From a virus, in IMG/VR virus record IMGVR_UViG_3300005529_000034, positions 392-64,391 of that record: DNA of 64,000 nt, one strand, 5' to 3'. A model generated the notes under the pieces. The model had not been told where the DNA came from, searched no databases, and saw only the letters and a program-made list of their open reading frames with translations. Positions 1 to 8,810 of the stretch are shown one piece after another. Every line of letters begins with the position of its first letter. The first letter of the stretch is position 1. A program made the position numbers and the translations under genes.

Positions 1-27
1 GCCGGCCTACAGCGAGGAGGACGACGA

Positions 28-261
28 ATGAAAGTGTTTCTGTTGATTCTATTCCTGAGCCAGCAAGACGGCTCTATCACTGGCGCCGTGAAGGGCGGCC
101 CTGCTCCGAGCGTAATCATCTGCCAGGAGAATGCCGCGCAGATGCTGGAGCAGCACAAGAGCGAGATTCCCGCGGGTGTGCGGCCGATGCCGGTATGCAT
201 CGACACGACACGCGTCGGTGAGCTGCACGTTCCTAACCTCAAAAATCAAACGGTGCTCTAA
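28..261 (+). CDS. hypothetical protein with N-terminal hydrophobic segment
   Basis: 77 aa ORF, GAGGAGG RBS upstream, packed against next gene. Confidence 0.7.
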   Translation: MKVFLLILFLSQQDGSITGAVKGGPAPSVIICQENAAQMLEQHKSEIPAGVRPMPVCIDTTRVGELHVPNLKNQTVL

Positions 262-263
262 GC

Positions 264-1328
264 ATGACGAAGCAATATATTGGCATTGTCCGCGATCACT
301 CGGCCTCAATGGCCAATTCTGGTCTTACGGAGGCCGCGCGCAAGGACTATAACCAGCAGATTAACGCCATCCGCGAGGCGGCGATCCGCGAGGGCGTCGA
401 CACCATTATCAATGTGGTGGAATGCGGCGTCGATGCCTCTCAATTCGGCGTTCCGAGCGGCCTGCGGCGTGCCGTGGTGAACTCCAGCATTGTCGCGGTG
501 AGGACGCTCGATCAGTACATGGCCCGCGGCGGCAGCACGCCCCTCTACGATGCCATTGGGCTCCTCATCGATGACCTGCGGAAAGTGCCCGACGCCAACG
601 AGAATCATGTCTCGTTCCTGATCGTCGTGCTCACCGATGGCGGCGAGAACGCCTCGCAAACTTACAGATATACGATCAAGCAGATGATCGCGAACGCGCA
701 GGCTACGGGGCGCTGGACATTTGCATTGCGCATGCCGCGTAATTACGGTCGAAGCATCGCCAATACACTCGGCATTCCGGTCGAGAATATCAACGAGTGG
801 GAGCAGACGGAGCGCGATCTGGAGCGGTCGACGCATGAGACGCAGACGGCCTATAACGGCTATTTCCAGGCGAAGGCGTTGGCGGGCGTGCAGCCAATGA
901 ACTCCCGCAGCTTCTTCACTGCGAATCTCGCGGGCCTCGATAAGACGGCCATCAAGAAGGCCCTCGTCGATGTCACGAGTCAGGTGAAGTTCTTCGACGT
1001 GGGCGCGCAAGACAACAAGCGCCAAATCAAGCAGTTTCTCGAAGAGAAGGCCGGCCACGCGCCGCTCGGCGCCGGCTTCTATCAGCTCGCGAAGAAGGAA
1101 GAGGTGCAGGACCATAAGCTGATCGCGGTCCGTGACAAGCGCACGGGCAAGGTCTACAGCGGTGTGGAAGCGCGCAACATCCTGGGCCTGCCCAGCATCG
1201 GCAGCATCAAGCTCTCACCGGGCGATCACGGCGAGTTCGACATCTTCGTACAGTCGAAGTCCGTCAATCGCAATCTCGTCGGCGGAACGCAGGTCATGTT
1301 CTGGAACAACGTCGGAGCGCCCCGGTGA
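264..1328 (+). CDS. von Willebrand factor A (vWA) domain protein
   Basis: MIDAS DxSxS motif (RDHSASM), GGSTPLYDAIG, LIVVLTDGGEN. Confidence 0.85.
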   Translation: MTKQYIGIVRDHSASMANSGLTEAARKDYNQQINAIREAAIREGVDTIINVVECGVDASQFGVPSGLRRAVVNSSIVAVRTLDQYMARGGSTPLYDAIGLLIDDLRKVPDANENHVSFLIVVLTDGGENASQTYRYTIKQMIANAQATGRWTFALRMPRNYGRSIANTLGIPVENINEWEQTERDLERSTHETQTAYNGYFQAKALAGVQPMNSRSFFTANLAGLDKTAIKKALVDVTSQVKFFDVGAQDNKRQIKQFLEEKAGHAPLGAGFYQLAKKEEVQDHKLIAVRDKRTGKVYSGVEARNILGLPSIGSIKLSPGDHGEFDIFVQSKSVNRNLVGGTQVMFWNNVGAPR

Positions 1329-2092
1329 GGAGATATATGTGGATTCCCGACACTCAACTCCGTCGGGGCGTGCCGGTGATCCACATCCGCGCGGCGGCGA
1401 ATGCCATCGTGGAATACCTGCCGGATGTGATCTTCGTTGCCGGCGATTGGTGGGATATGCCCTCTCTCAACAAGCACAATGAGGCGGGCTCTATCCACAC
1501 CGAGGGAACACGGATCAAGGATGACATCGACTTCGGCAACGAGCAATTCGACATTCTCGTGGCGCCGATGAACAAGGAAATCGCCCGGCGGGAGGCCCTG
1601 CACAAACGCCGCTGGAATCCGGAAAGGGAATTCCTCTTCGGGAATCATGAGCACCGGCTGACGCGAGCGATTGCAGCGGTACCTCAATTCGAGGGCGTGC
1701 TGTCGCTCGATATGATGAAGACACCGGGATTCACGCGCCATCCGTTCCTTGAGATTGTCGAGAAGGATGGAATCTGGTTCTCGCATTATTTCAGCAACAC
1801 GCTTTCCGGGCGTGCCATCGGCGGGAGCATCGACAATCGGCTCAATAAGATTGGGCATTCGTTCGTGCAGGGACACCAGCAGGGCCGGCTGTACGGTTCG
1901 CGGCAGTTTCCCGGGAAAGTGGAGCGACATGGCCTCGTGGCGGGGAGCTTCTACCTGCATGACGAGGATTATAGGGATGTACAGAGCAACGGCGAGTGGC
2001 GCGGCATCGTGATCATGAACGAAGTCGCAAACGGCAAATACGACATCATGCCCCTGAGCATGGACTATCTACTGAGGAAATTCGGCGAATGA
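1325..2092 (+). CDS. calcineurin-like metallophosphoesterase
   Basis: IPDTQ, AGDWWD, GNHE, SHY and GHQQ metal-binding motifs in the canonical order. Confidence 0.85.
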   Translation: MRRYMWIPDTQLRRGVPVIHIRAAANAIVEYLPDVIFVAGDWWDMPSLNKHNEAGSIHTEGTRIKDDIDFGNEQFDILVAPMNKEIARREALHKRRWNPEREFLFGNHEHRLTRAIAAVPQFEGVLSLDMMKTPGFTRHPFLEIVEKDGIWFSHYFSNTLSGRAIGGSIDNRLNKIGHSFVQGHQQGRLYGSRQFPGKVERHGLVAGSFYLHDEDYRDVQSNGEWRGIVIMNEVANGKYDIMPLSMDYLLRKFGE

Positions 2093-2346
2093 ACAAGATC
2101 ACGACTCAACGCATTCAGATTCTCAATCACCTGAAGACGGGCGCGGCCATCTCGCCCATCGAGGCGCTGTCGTTGTACGGCTCTTTGCGCCTCGCGGATC
2201 ACATCCATCGGCTGCGCGGTCAGGGCTGGAAAATCGACACCATCGACAAGGTGTCGACGCGCGGCAGCCACTACGCGGAGTACAAGCTCACCGCGGGCGC
2301 TGAGCAGCCCGGCGCGTTTACCGCCCCGACCCAGGCGGCGGCCTGA
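2089..2346 (+). CDS. winged helix-turn-helix protein
   Basis: QILNHLKTG..ISPIEAL..YG.LRLA..IHRLRGQGWKI pattern; ATG at 2089 overlaps upstream TGA. Confidence 0.7.
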   Translation: MNKITTQRIQILNHLKTGAAISPIEALSLYGSLRLADHIHRLRGQGWKIDTIDKVSTRGSHYAEYKLTAGAEQPGAFTAPTQAAA

Positions 2347-2787
2347 ATGGGCAAGGGCTACAACCCACCGCCGCCGAGCGATTGGCGGCCGGGAGGCGTA
2401 CCAGCCGGGGAGGACATTACGCCGTTGGTCGTCGTTGGGGACCTGGAATCCGCTGCGCGCGGCTCGGGCGCCCGAATGAACGGCAACAAGCCCGAGCTGC
2501 ATCAGGTTCCGATGTGGGCACTCTACGGCGTCGCGCGCGTGTTGATGTACGGCGCCAAGAAGTACAAGCCGGGCAACTGGGCCAAAGGAATGCCGTGGAC
2601 CGTCGTGTATGACTGCGCTCTGCGCCATCTCGCAGCATGGCAACGCGGTGAGGAGAACGACGAAGAGAGCGGGCTGCCGCATCTAGATCACGCGCTCTGC
2701 AATCTCATCTTTTTGTCGGCGTACCGCGATCTATACCCGGAAGGGGATGACCGCTGGCCGGAGTTCCGTAAGGGAGGTGTCAAGTGA
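2347..2787 (+). CDS. dATP/dGTP diphosphohydrolase domain protein (DUF5664-like)
   Basis: YGAKKY..GNW.KG, ALRHL..W..GE..DEESGLPHLDHA.CN signature. Confidence 0.85.
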   Translation: MGKGYNPPPPSDWRPGGVPAGEDITPLVVVGDLESAARGSGARMNGNKPELHQVPMWALYGVARVLMYGAKKYKPGNWAKGMPWTVVYDCALRHLAAWQRGEENDEESGLPHLDHALCNLIFLSAYRDLYPEGDDRWPEFRKGGVK

Positions 2788-3209
2788 GCGCCGAACCTGG
2801 AAGCGAGCGGGACCTCTTGGAGCGCAAGCGAGCCTTCGATTCCTTGATGTGGGACCTGAGCATGCTCGATTGCGCGGCGAATAGCTGCCATCGGCTCAAC
2901 GACCACTTTTACCGGGATATCCATACCGGTGAGTGGCTGCAGATGAATCCGGCAGAGAAGATTGCCCTCATGCATAGCGAGCTGTCCGAGATGCTGGAGG
3001 GCGTGCGCAAGAATCTGCAGGACGATCATCTACCGGAGTTCAAATCCGAGGAAGTCGAGGCCGCGGACCTCTTCATTCGGCTTCTGGATTACTGCGGCTG
3101 GCGCAAGTTGCGGTTTGCGGAGGCTGTGAAAGCGAAGCTCCGCTACAACACGACGCGCAAGGATCATACCAACGAAGCCCGCCGCGAGGCGCACGGCAAA
3201 AAGTTCTAG
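2784..3209 (+). CDS. MazG-like NTP pyrophosphohydrolase
   Basis: IALMHSELSE.LE..RK and EEVEAADLFIRLLD acidic helices. Confidence 0.8.
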   Translation: MSAEPGSERDLLERKRAFDSLMWDLSMLDCAANSCHRLNDHFYRDIHTGEWLQMNPAEKIALMHSELSEMLEGVRKNLQDDHLPEFKSEEVEAADLFIRLLDYCGWRKLRFAEAVKAKLRYNTTRKDHTNEARREAHGKKF

Positions 3210-3219
3210 AGGAGAACCT

Positions 3220-3459
3220 GTGAAAGCATTGATCAAGTTGCTGCGGCGCCTGTTCCCCGGCCCGTCAGTTGATTCGATTGTGGGGGACATCGTGCTCAAG
3301 GCCGAGCAGTTGGAGAATCTCAGCGTTCGCCGGCAAGGCGAAATCGAAGAAATCCGGGTTGAGGTGAACAGCAAGCTCACGGAGATGAGCACCAAGGCCG
3401 CGGAAGCCGACCGGGCGCTCAACGTGTGCCGTCGCCTCATGGCGCTGGTGGAGGGCTGA
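3220..3459 (+). CDS. hypothetical coiled-coil protein
   Basis: GAGGAG RBS, GTG start, operon packing. Confidence 0.65.
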   Translation: MKALIKLLRRLFPGPSVDSIVGDIVLKAEQLENLSVRRQGEIEEIRVEVNSKLTEMSTKAAEADRALNVCRRLMALVEG

Positions 3460-3460
3460 T

Positions 3461-3976
3461 ATGCCAATCGAGAAAGACCTGACGCGCATTGCAGTCGCGC
3501 TCGAAGCGATTGCAAAGGTGCTCGTACCGGTGGAGGTGACCAAGGGGACCTCGGTCAAGGGAAAAGCGAAGGCCGCCCCGGTGAGCAAGGAGGAGCAGGA
3601 GACGGCGACCGAGGCGGAAGTCGAAGCGAATGCGGACTCCACGGAGACGGCTGCGCCGGAGCAGACTCCGGGGCCGGCTGTTACCGCCGGGTCATCGACT
3701 TCGGAGACCCCTCCTTCGCAAATGGCGCCTGCGACTACTGCGACGGCTCCGGCTTCTTCTACTCCGAGCCAGACCTCGGCCCCTGCGCCTGTGCCAACCG
3801 AAGATCAGGTGAAGGCGCTGCTGCAAGCGTACCGGACGCATAAATTCGGCTCGGCGCAGGACGCTACGAGCAAGGTGCAAGACGAGCTGGAGAAGCTGGT
3901 TGGCGTGCGCCTCGTGAAGCTCATCAAACCGGAGGATCGCCAGAAGGTGCTTGATGCCTTCAAGGTGGCCGCATGA
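3461..3976 (+). CDS. hypothetical protein with Ala/Thr/Pro-rich linker
   Basis: N- and C-terminal helices joined by low-complexity linker; operon packing. Confidence 0.7.
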   Translation: MPIEKDLTRIAVALEAIAKVLVPVEVTKGTSVKGKAKAAPVSKEEQETATEAEVEANADSTETAAPEQTPGPAVTAGSSTSETPPSQMAPATTATAPASSTPSQTSAPAPVPTEDQVKALLQAYRTHKFGSAQDATSKVQDELEKLVGVRLVKLIKPEDRQKVLDAFKVAA

Positions 3977-4080
3977 ACGAGACCGTTCGCCACGTTCTGC
4001 TCGCCCTCGGGGCAGGCGTGGCTTTCGGCATCGCGCTCAATCAACTAATGCGCGTTTTCTGCAAGCGCTGGAGGTGGTGA
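3973..4080 (+). CDS. small membrane protein (35 aa; absent from ORF track)
   Basis: MNETVRHVLLALGAGVAFGIALNQLMRVFCKRWRW; ATGA overlap upstream, abuts next ATG. Confidence 0.55.
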   Translation: MNETVRHVLLALGAGVAFGIALNQLMRVFCKRWRW

Positions 4081-4545
4081 ATGAAGCGCGGAGATAGCCC
4101 GCATTTCTTGAAGTTCCGGGCGAAGCTGTGGAACTGGTTCGGCCAGAGCTATGGGGTGGAGTACAGCGTGATTCGCGGCCAGAACGGACAGCCGTACATG
4201 TCTCGCTGGATTCTGTACGTGCACGGTCGGACTTTGCGGCTTCACAAGTTCTGGCAGGGCGATGACGACCGCGCGCCGCACGACCATCCTTGGAATTTCT
4301 GGACATTCCCTCTCACGTCATATACGGAGCAAGTCTTCGCCCGGCCGCTGACCAATCTGACGCGCTATCGAGTCGTTGAGGCTTTCCGATGGCATGCGCG
4401 TCCCGCGAGCTATCAACACATTGTCATCGGTCGCACAGACGATAAATGGAGGCCGTTCTGGACAATTGTGGTAACCGGGCCGCTGCAACATGGCTGGGGC
4501 TTCTGGTCTCGGGACCGATTCATACCGTGGAGGGATTGGCGATGA
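4081..4545 (+). CDS. cupin-like (double-stranded beta-helix) protein
   Basis: LRLH.F..GD....PHDHPW, distal H (YQHIV), WTIVVTGP..WGFW. Confidence 0.65.
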   Translation: MKRGDSPHFLKFRAKLWNWFGQSYGVEYSVIRGQNGQPYMSRWILYVHGRTLRLHKFWQGDDDRAPHDHPWNFWTFPLTSYTEQVFARPLTNLTRYRVVEAFRWHARPASYQHIVIGRTDDKWRPFWTIVVTGPLQHGWGFWSRDRFIPWRDWR

Positions 4546-5408
4546 AGCCTATGCTCGCGGCGGATATCAGTGAGGACCTCGATAAGCTGCGGTTCCCGCT
4601 ATTCGTCACGCCGAAGCTCGACGGCGTGAGGGCTTTGATCACACCGACGGAGGTCCTATCCCGAAGTCTGAAGCCTATTCCGAATAAGCATGTCCAGAAG
4701 GTCTTCTGCGATACGGACTTGGTCGGATTAGACGGTGAGTTGATTGCGGGGAGCCCGACGGCAGAGGACGTGTTTCGTGTGACGAGCAAGGCCACGGCGA
4801 GCATCGAAGGCGAGCCGCAAGTCACGTTCTACGCATTCGATGAGTACACGCTCAAGGATTACGGCTACCGGGATCGCCTGCACCAATTGCAGCGGGCCGT
4901 CAATTTCGCTTTCAGCGATGTACGTGCCGTGCCGAGTCAGCTCGTGCTCGATATGGACGAGCTGGAGCGCATCGAGACGAAGTACCTGGAGGAGGGCTAC
5001 GAGGGCGTGATTCTGCGCTCCCCGGAGGGGAAGTATAAGCACGGGCGCAGCACGGTCAAAGAGCAGGGGATGTTGAAGCTGAAGCGATTCAAGGATTCCG
5101 AGGCGCTGGTCATCGGCATCGAAGAGGAGATGGAGAACCGGAACGAGGCCAAAGTGAATGCGCTCGGACATGTGGAGCGCAGCACCCATAAGGCGAATCT
5201 CGTCGGCAAAGGAACTATGGGGGCGCTGGTGGTGCGCGACATTCATACCGGCGTGGAGTTCAAGCTCGGCACGGGATTCACTGCGGAGGATCGACGACGC
5301 ACGGACTGGGTCGGCAAGCACGTCAAGTACAAGTATTTCCCGATTGGCATCAAAGACAAACCGCGCATCCCGAGTTATCTCGGCATTCGCGAGGAGCATG
5401 ACCTATGA
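4542..5408 (+). CDS. ATP-dependent DNA ligase
   Basis: motif I PKLDG, LDGEL, FYAFD, GYEGVILR, LKLK, OB-fold end; start at ATG 4542. Confidence 0.95.
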   Translation: MKPMLAADISEDLDKLRFPLFVTPKLDGVRALITPTEVLSRSLKPIPNKHVQKVFCDTDLVGLDGELIAGSPTAEDVFRVTSKATASIEGEPQVTFYAFDEYTLKDYGYRDRLHQLQRAVNFAFSDVRAVPSQLVLDMDELERIETKYLEEGYEGVILRSPEGKYKHGRSTVKEQGMLKLKRFKDSEALVIGIEEEMENRNEAKVNALGHVERSTHKANLVGKGTMGALVVRDIHTGVEFKLGTGFTAEDRRRTDWVGKHVKYKYFPIGIKDKPRIPSYLGIREEHDL

Positions 5409-5908
5409 GGATTTGGATTCCGTTCTATTCGAAGTGGAGGGCGCGCAAGGACGAGGCTAAGCGTCAACGCATTCTGCGAGAGGAGCGCGAATTGACGCGG
5501 CCCATTAGCTCATCAGGGGAGATATATTCGTACTCCCGACTGGCGCGATTCTCGGCCGAGCCCTTCGTCGCGCGCCCTGCTACGGCTACGCGGGTTGTCG
5601 GGAAGAATCCAGCGCTGGGCACAGGCTATGGTGACGACGAGGCTGTGGATATGGCGCTCACCGCGGCAATGCTCTCCAATGTTCAGCCGCCTCCCGCCGC
5701 AGTTCCGAACCCGGACATTGTCCAGTCGTTTGGAGGCGGCGGGGGCGACACTGGCGGTGCGGGCGCTGGCGGCTCGTGGGACCCGGGTCCGAGCAGCTAC
5801 GACTATGGTTCGTCAAGCTGCGGCAGCTCGTCGAGCTTCGACACTTCGAGCTGCGATAGCAGCTTCAGCAGTTGCGACTCCGGCGGGAGTTGTGGGAGTT
5901 CGGACTGA
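5405..5908 (+). CDS. hypothetical protein with Gly/Ser/Asp/Cys low-complexity tail
   Basis: GGGGGDTGGAGAGGSWD and SSSSFD..SCDSG tail; ATGA overlap. Confidence 0.65.
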   Translation: MRIWIPFYSKWRARKDEAKRQRILREERELTRPISSSGEIYSYSRLARFSAEPFVARPATATRVVGKNPALGTGYGDDEAVDMALTAAMLSNVQPPPAAVPNPDIVQSFGGGGGDTGGAGAGGSWDPGPSSYDYGSSSCGSSSSFDTSSCDSSFSSCDSGGSCGSSD

Positions 5909-6087
5909 TGGCCAAAGACGGCCAGCAGTGGATTGTCCAAATCGATGAGGATGTAAAGCTCACCCGCGTTCTCGTCATCAAGCAATACCGCAAGTGTGTC
6001 GAGGTGCAGGAGGTACTCGACGGGCAGGCCAAAGGCCCGAAGCGCATCTACAAGGATACGGATATTGAATTTGTGGAGCAGTGCTAA
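5908..6087 (+). CDS. hypothetical protein
   Basis: TGATG overlap at 5908 and TAATG overlap at 6087. Confidence 0.55.
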   Translation: MAKDGQQWIVQIDEDVKLTRVLVIKQYRKCVEVQEVLDGQAKGPKRIYKDTDIEFVEQC

Positions 6088-7262
6088 TGGGCGCGCATTC
6101 AATCCTCGGACCCTCATCCTCTGACCGCTGGCTCACATGCACCGCCTCGGTGAAAGCGACTAAGGAGCTGGCGGATGTTGAAACGCTGTACTCCCGGCAG
6201 GGCTCGTGTGCGCACCATGTAGCGGAAGTCTGTCGGCGCGATGGATTGAAGCCGGCCATGCTTCTCGGTGCCGAGTTCTACGGCGTCAAGGTCGATCAGC
6301 AAATGATCGATGGCGTTCAAGGCTTTATTGACTACGTCGCCGACTTTCCCGGCGATGAATATAACGAGCAGAAAGTCTACTTCACGAATTGGGTCCCGGG
6401 CGGCTTCGGGACTATGGACGCGGCGAAGGTTTCCCGGGAAAGGGCGCATATCATCGACCTGAAATATGGCGAGGGCGTGCAGGTGTTCGCAAAGGAGAAC
6501 ACGCAGCTCATGCTGTACGCCCTGGGCATGTACCAGATGAACGGCTGGCTCTACGACATTCAGACGTTCGACCTGCATGTCTACCAACCGCGCCTCGATC
6601 ACGTCGATGTTTGGCAAATATCGCTCAAGGACCTCCTGCAGTGGGCGGATGAAATTGTCCGACCCAAGGCGGAAGAGGCTCTCGCCGGCACGGGCAAGTA
6701 TCTCGCCGGAGAGCATTGTCAGTTCTGCAAGATCAGGAAGGTATGTAAGGCGCGTGCTCAGCACATGTTCAACGCGATTACCGGCGAGCTGGAAGACCTT
6801 GACGAGCAAATGACCGCGCCGCTGCCAAAGGTGCCGACGCTCACCGCGGAGCAGGTGGCGAAAGCATTGAGCCTGAAGGGACAAGTAACGAAATGGTTCT
6901 CCGACGTTGCCGATTATGCGGAGGAACAGCTACGCCACGGTAAGCAGGTAGGCGGTTGGAAGCTCGTCGAGGGCCGCAGCAACCGCGTATGGAAGCTCGA
7001 TATTGACGATGTGAGTGATGCTATCTCGAATGCTGGGCTCGACGACAGGAAACTCTGGAAACCCCGCGAGTTCATCTCGCCGGCACAAGCAGATGAGATT
7101 TATGGCAAGAAGTTATTCGCTGCCGCAACCGAGAAAAAGGCAGCAGGGCCGCTCGCGTATCTCGTAGATAAGCCCCGCGGCTCCCCCGTGTTGGCATCGC
7201 CGGACGACAAGCGACCGGCGCTGACAGCGAATCCAGACGAGGAATTGGACTCGTTGGACTAA
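6087..7262 (+). CDS. DUF2800 PD-(D/E)XK (Cas4-like) exonuclease
   Basis: HSILGPSS..RW..C, GT.D, IIDLKYG, QL.LYALG, HCQFC; linked to SSB and PolA. Confidence 0.88.
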   Translation: MGAHSILGPSSSDRWLTCTASVKATKELADVETLYSRQGSCAHHVAEVCRRDGLKPAMLLGAEFYGVKVDQQMIDGVQGFIDYVADFPGDEYNEQKVYFTNWVPGGFGTMDAAKVSRERAHIIDLKYGEGVQVFAKENTQLMLYALGMYQMNGWLYDIQTFDLHVYQPRLDHVDVWQISLKDLLQWADEIVRPKAEEALAGTGKYLAGEHCQFCKIRKVCKARAQHMFNAITGELEDLDEQMTAPLPKVPTLTAEQVAKALSLKGQVTKWFSDVADYAEEQLRHGKQVGGWKLVEGRSNRVWKLDIDDVSDAISNAGLDDRKLWKPREFISPAQADEIYGKKLFAAATEKKAAGPLAYLVDKPRGSPVLASPDDKRPALTANPDEELDSLD

Positions 7263-7292
7263 TCCCGTAGTGACATAAAGGTAAAGTGTAAA

Positions 7293-7907
7293 GTGGCAAA
7301 GAAGACCGTTACCAGCGACAAGATTAAGCTCAAAGAAGTGCGCCTCTCCTTCGCGCGTCTGTTCAAAGCGAAGGCATACGAAGAGGGTCAGGAACCGCGG
7401 TACGAGGCGACGTTCCTCCTCGATCCCACCTTGGAAGCGCATAAGGCATCCATCGCCGAAATCGACGCCGCTGGCCGCAAGATCGCAAAGGCGAAATGGG
7501 GCGATGACGAGGACTATGAAGACCTCGTGCATGGCTACGGCTATTCGAACAACAACAAGGTCAAGAAGAAGTATGACGGCTACAAGGATATGTTTTACGT
7601 CGTCTGCGCCAACACCGAGAAGCCGCAGGTTTTCCCGCGCAACAAGCGCGTTAACGACAAGGGCGAGTTGGTGTGGCAGACCGTGTTGGAGGGCGACAAG
7701 GAAGCGCCGTACAGCGGGTGTTACGTCAACACGACCATCACTCTCTGGACCCAAGATAACAAGTTCGGCAAGGGCATCCGCGCCAACTTGCGTATCGTGC
7801 AATTCGCGAAGCCCGGCACGCCGTTCTCTGGCGCAGCCCCGGCGAATCCGGACGACGAAATCGAAGCCTACGGCGACGGTGTTGCGTCGGATTCCGACCT
7901 CGATTGA
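7293..7907 (+). CDS. DUF2815 single-stranded DNA-binding protein
   Basis: VRLSF..LF, YSGCYVN, N..GKGI...L..VQF, acidic C-terminus. Confidence 0.85.
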   Translation: MAKKTVTSDKIKLKEVRLSFARLFKAKAYEEGQEPRYEATFLLDPTLEAHKASIAEIDAAGRKIAKAKWGDDEDYEDLVHGYGYSNNNKVKKKYDGYKDMFYVVCANTEKPQVFPRNKRVNDKGELVWQTVLEGDKEAPYSGCYVNTTITLWTQDNKFGKGIRANLRIVQFAKPGTPFSGAAPANPDDEIEAYGDGVASDSDLD

Positions 7908-7921
7908 GCGTGAAGTATGGA

Positions 7922-7947
7922 GGCGGCCCGCAAGGGCCGTCTCTTTC
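7922..7947 (+). terminator. probable intrinsic terminator
   Basis: GGCGGCCC-GCAA-GGGCCGTC hairpin followed by TCTTTC. Confidence 0.5.
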
Positions 7948-7997
7948 GCTCTTTCCTCCCACGCTGGTCACATTTGTCACCCCGCCGGGTGGCAGCA

Positions 7998-8354
7998 ATG
8001 AGGATTTTCCGGATGCGCATTTATCAAGTAGCCCGCCCCGCATTCCAATGGGCACGCCCGAAAGGCGTCCTCAAATACGGTTCCAAGGAGCCGCGATATC
8101 TGCACGTCGCGAAAGCGATTCGCCTCGTGCCGACGGATCACGGGACGATCCTTGTGCAGGTACAGAACAAGGGAGCGACGTACAAGAGCGGTGAGCCGCG
8201 CTTTACCAAAGCCGCACGCCGCCAGCAGCGGCAAGCGCGCATTGAGCGGCTGCATAGCGATTACGTCGCCTATTGGGCAGAAGCTCGCATGCTCGATATC
8301 GATCCCATGCCGTACAGCCAATGGCTACATAGCGAGGCGCGTCGCAATGCCTAA
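7998..8354 (+). CDS. hypothetical protein
   Basis: basic ORF; start uncertain; stop overlaps next gene. Confidence 0.55.
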   Translation: MRIFRMRIYQVARPAFQWARPKGVLKYGSKEPRYLHVAKAIRLVPTDHGTILVQVQNKGATYKSGEPRFTKAARRQQRQARIERLHSDYVAYWAEARMLDIDPMPYSQWLHSEARRNA

Positions 8355-8592
8355 CTACGTCGTGACCTACATTGAAAAGTTCGAGCAGGAGATTTGGGCT
8401 GCGGACCTGCGGGCGGCCGAGGTCGCGGCCAGCAATATTCGCCTGGAGCGCATGTCACGCCAGCTCGTGAGCGTGATCGAAACGCCGAGCCCATTCCCCG
8501 AGGGCCACAAATGCGCGGCATGTGAAGAACGCCAGCGCTCACCGCTGGAAAAGCAGCTCGACGAAGCCAAGGCGAAGAAAGAGGCGCAATGA
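8347..8592 (+). CDS. hypothetical protein with CxxC
   Basis: GAGG RBS, MPNYVVTY start, KCAACE. Confidence 0.55.
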   Translation: MPNYVVTYIEKFEQEIWAADLRAAEVAASNIRLERMSRQLVSVIETPSPFPEGHKCAACEERQRSPLEKQLDEAKAKKEAQ

Positions 8593-8810
8593 AGACGCGC
8601 GTTATCCGCATCTACAACGAGAAGTTTCGGGAGCGCTTCTATATCGCGCAGAAGTGGGACACGCCTCCCGGCGAGCAGCATCCCTGCTGGTGCTTCATCG
8701 AGGAGGACACGGACTTCATGCGCATTCGAGCGACCGCTGACCGAGTTGCCCGCGGCGGTACGGAAGAGGAGGTCGTGTACGAAACCGGCGTCGATGGTGT
8801 GCTCCAATGA
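8589..8810 (+). CDS. hypothetical protein
   Basis: ATGA overlaps at both ends. Confidence 0.6.
   Translation: MKTRVIRIYNEKFRERFYIAQKWDTPPGEQHPCWCFIEEDTDFMRIRATADRVARGGTEEEVVYETGVDGVLQ

Noticed and set aside
264-1328. Ro60/Rsr partner for the tRNA mimics
   Set aside because: It has a vWA domain but no recognisable TROVE helical domain, and is too short.
2347-3209. Z-genome (PurZ) system
   Set aside because: No adenylosuccinate-synthase-like gene in the window, and the HD protein is SpoT-like rather than DatZ-like.
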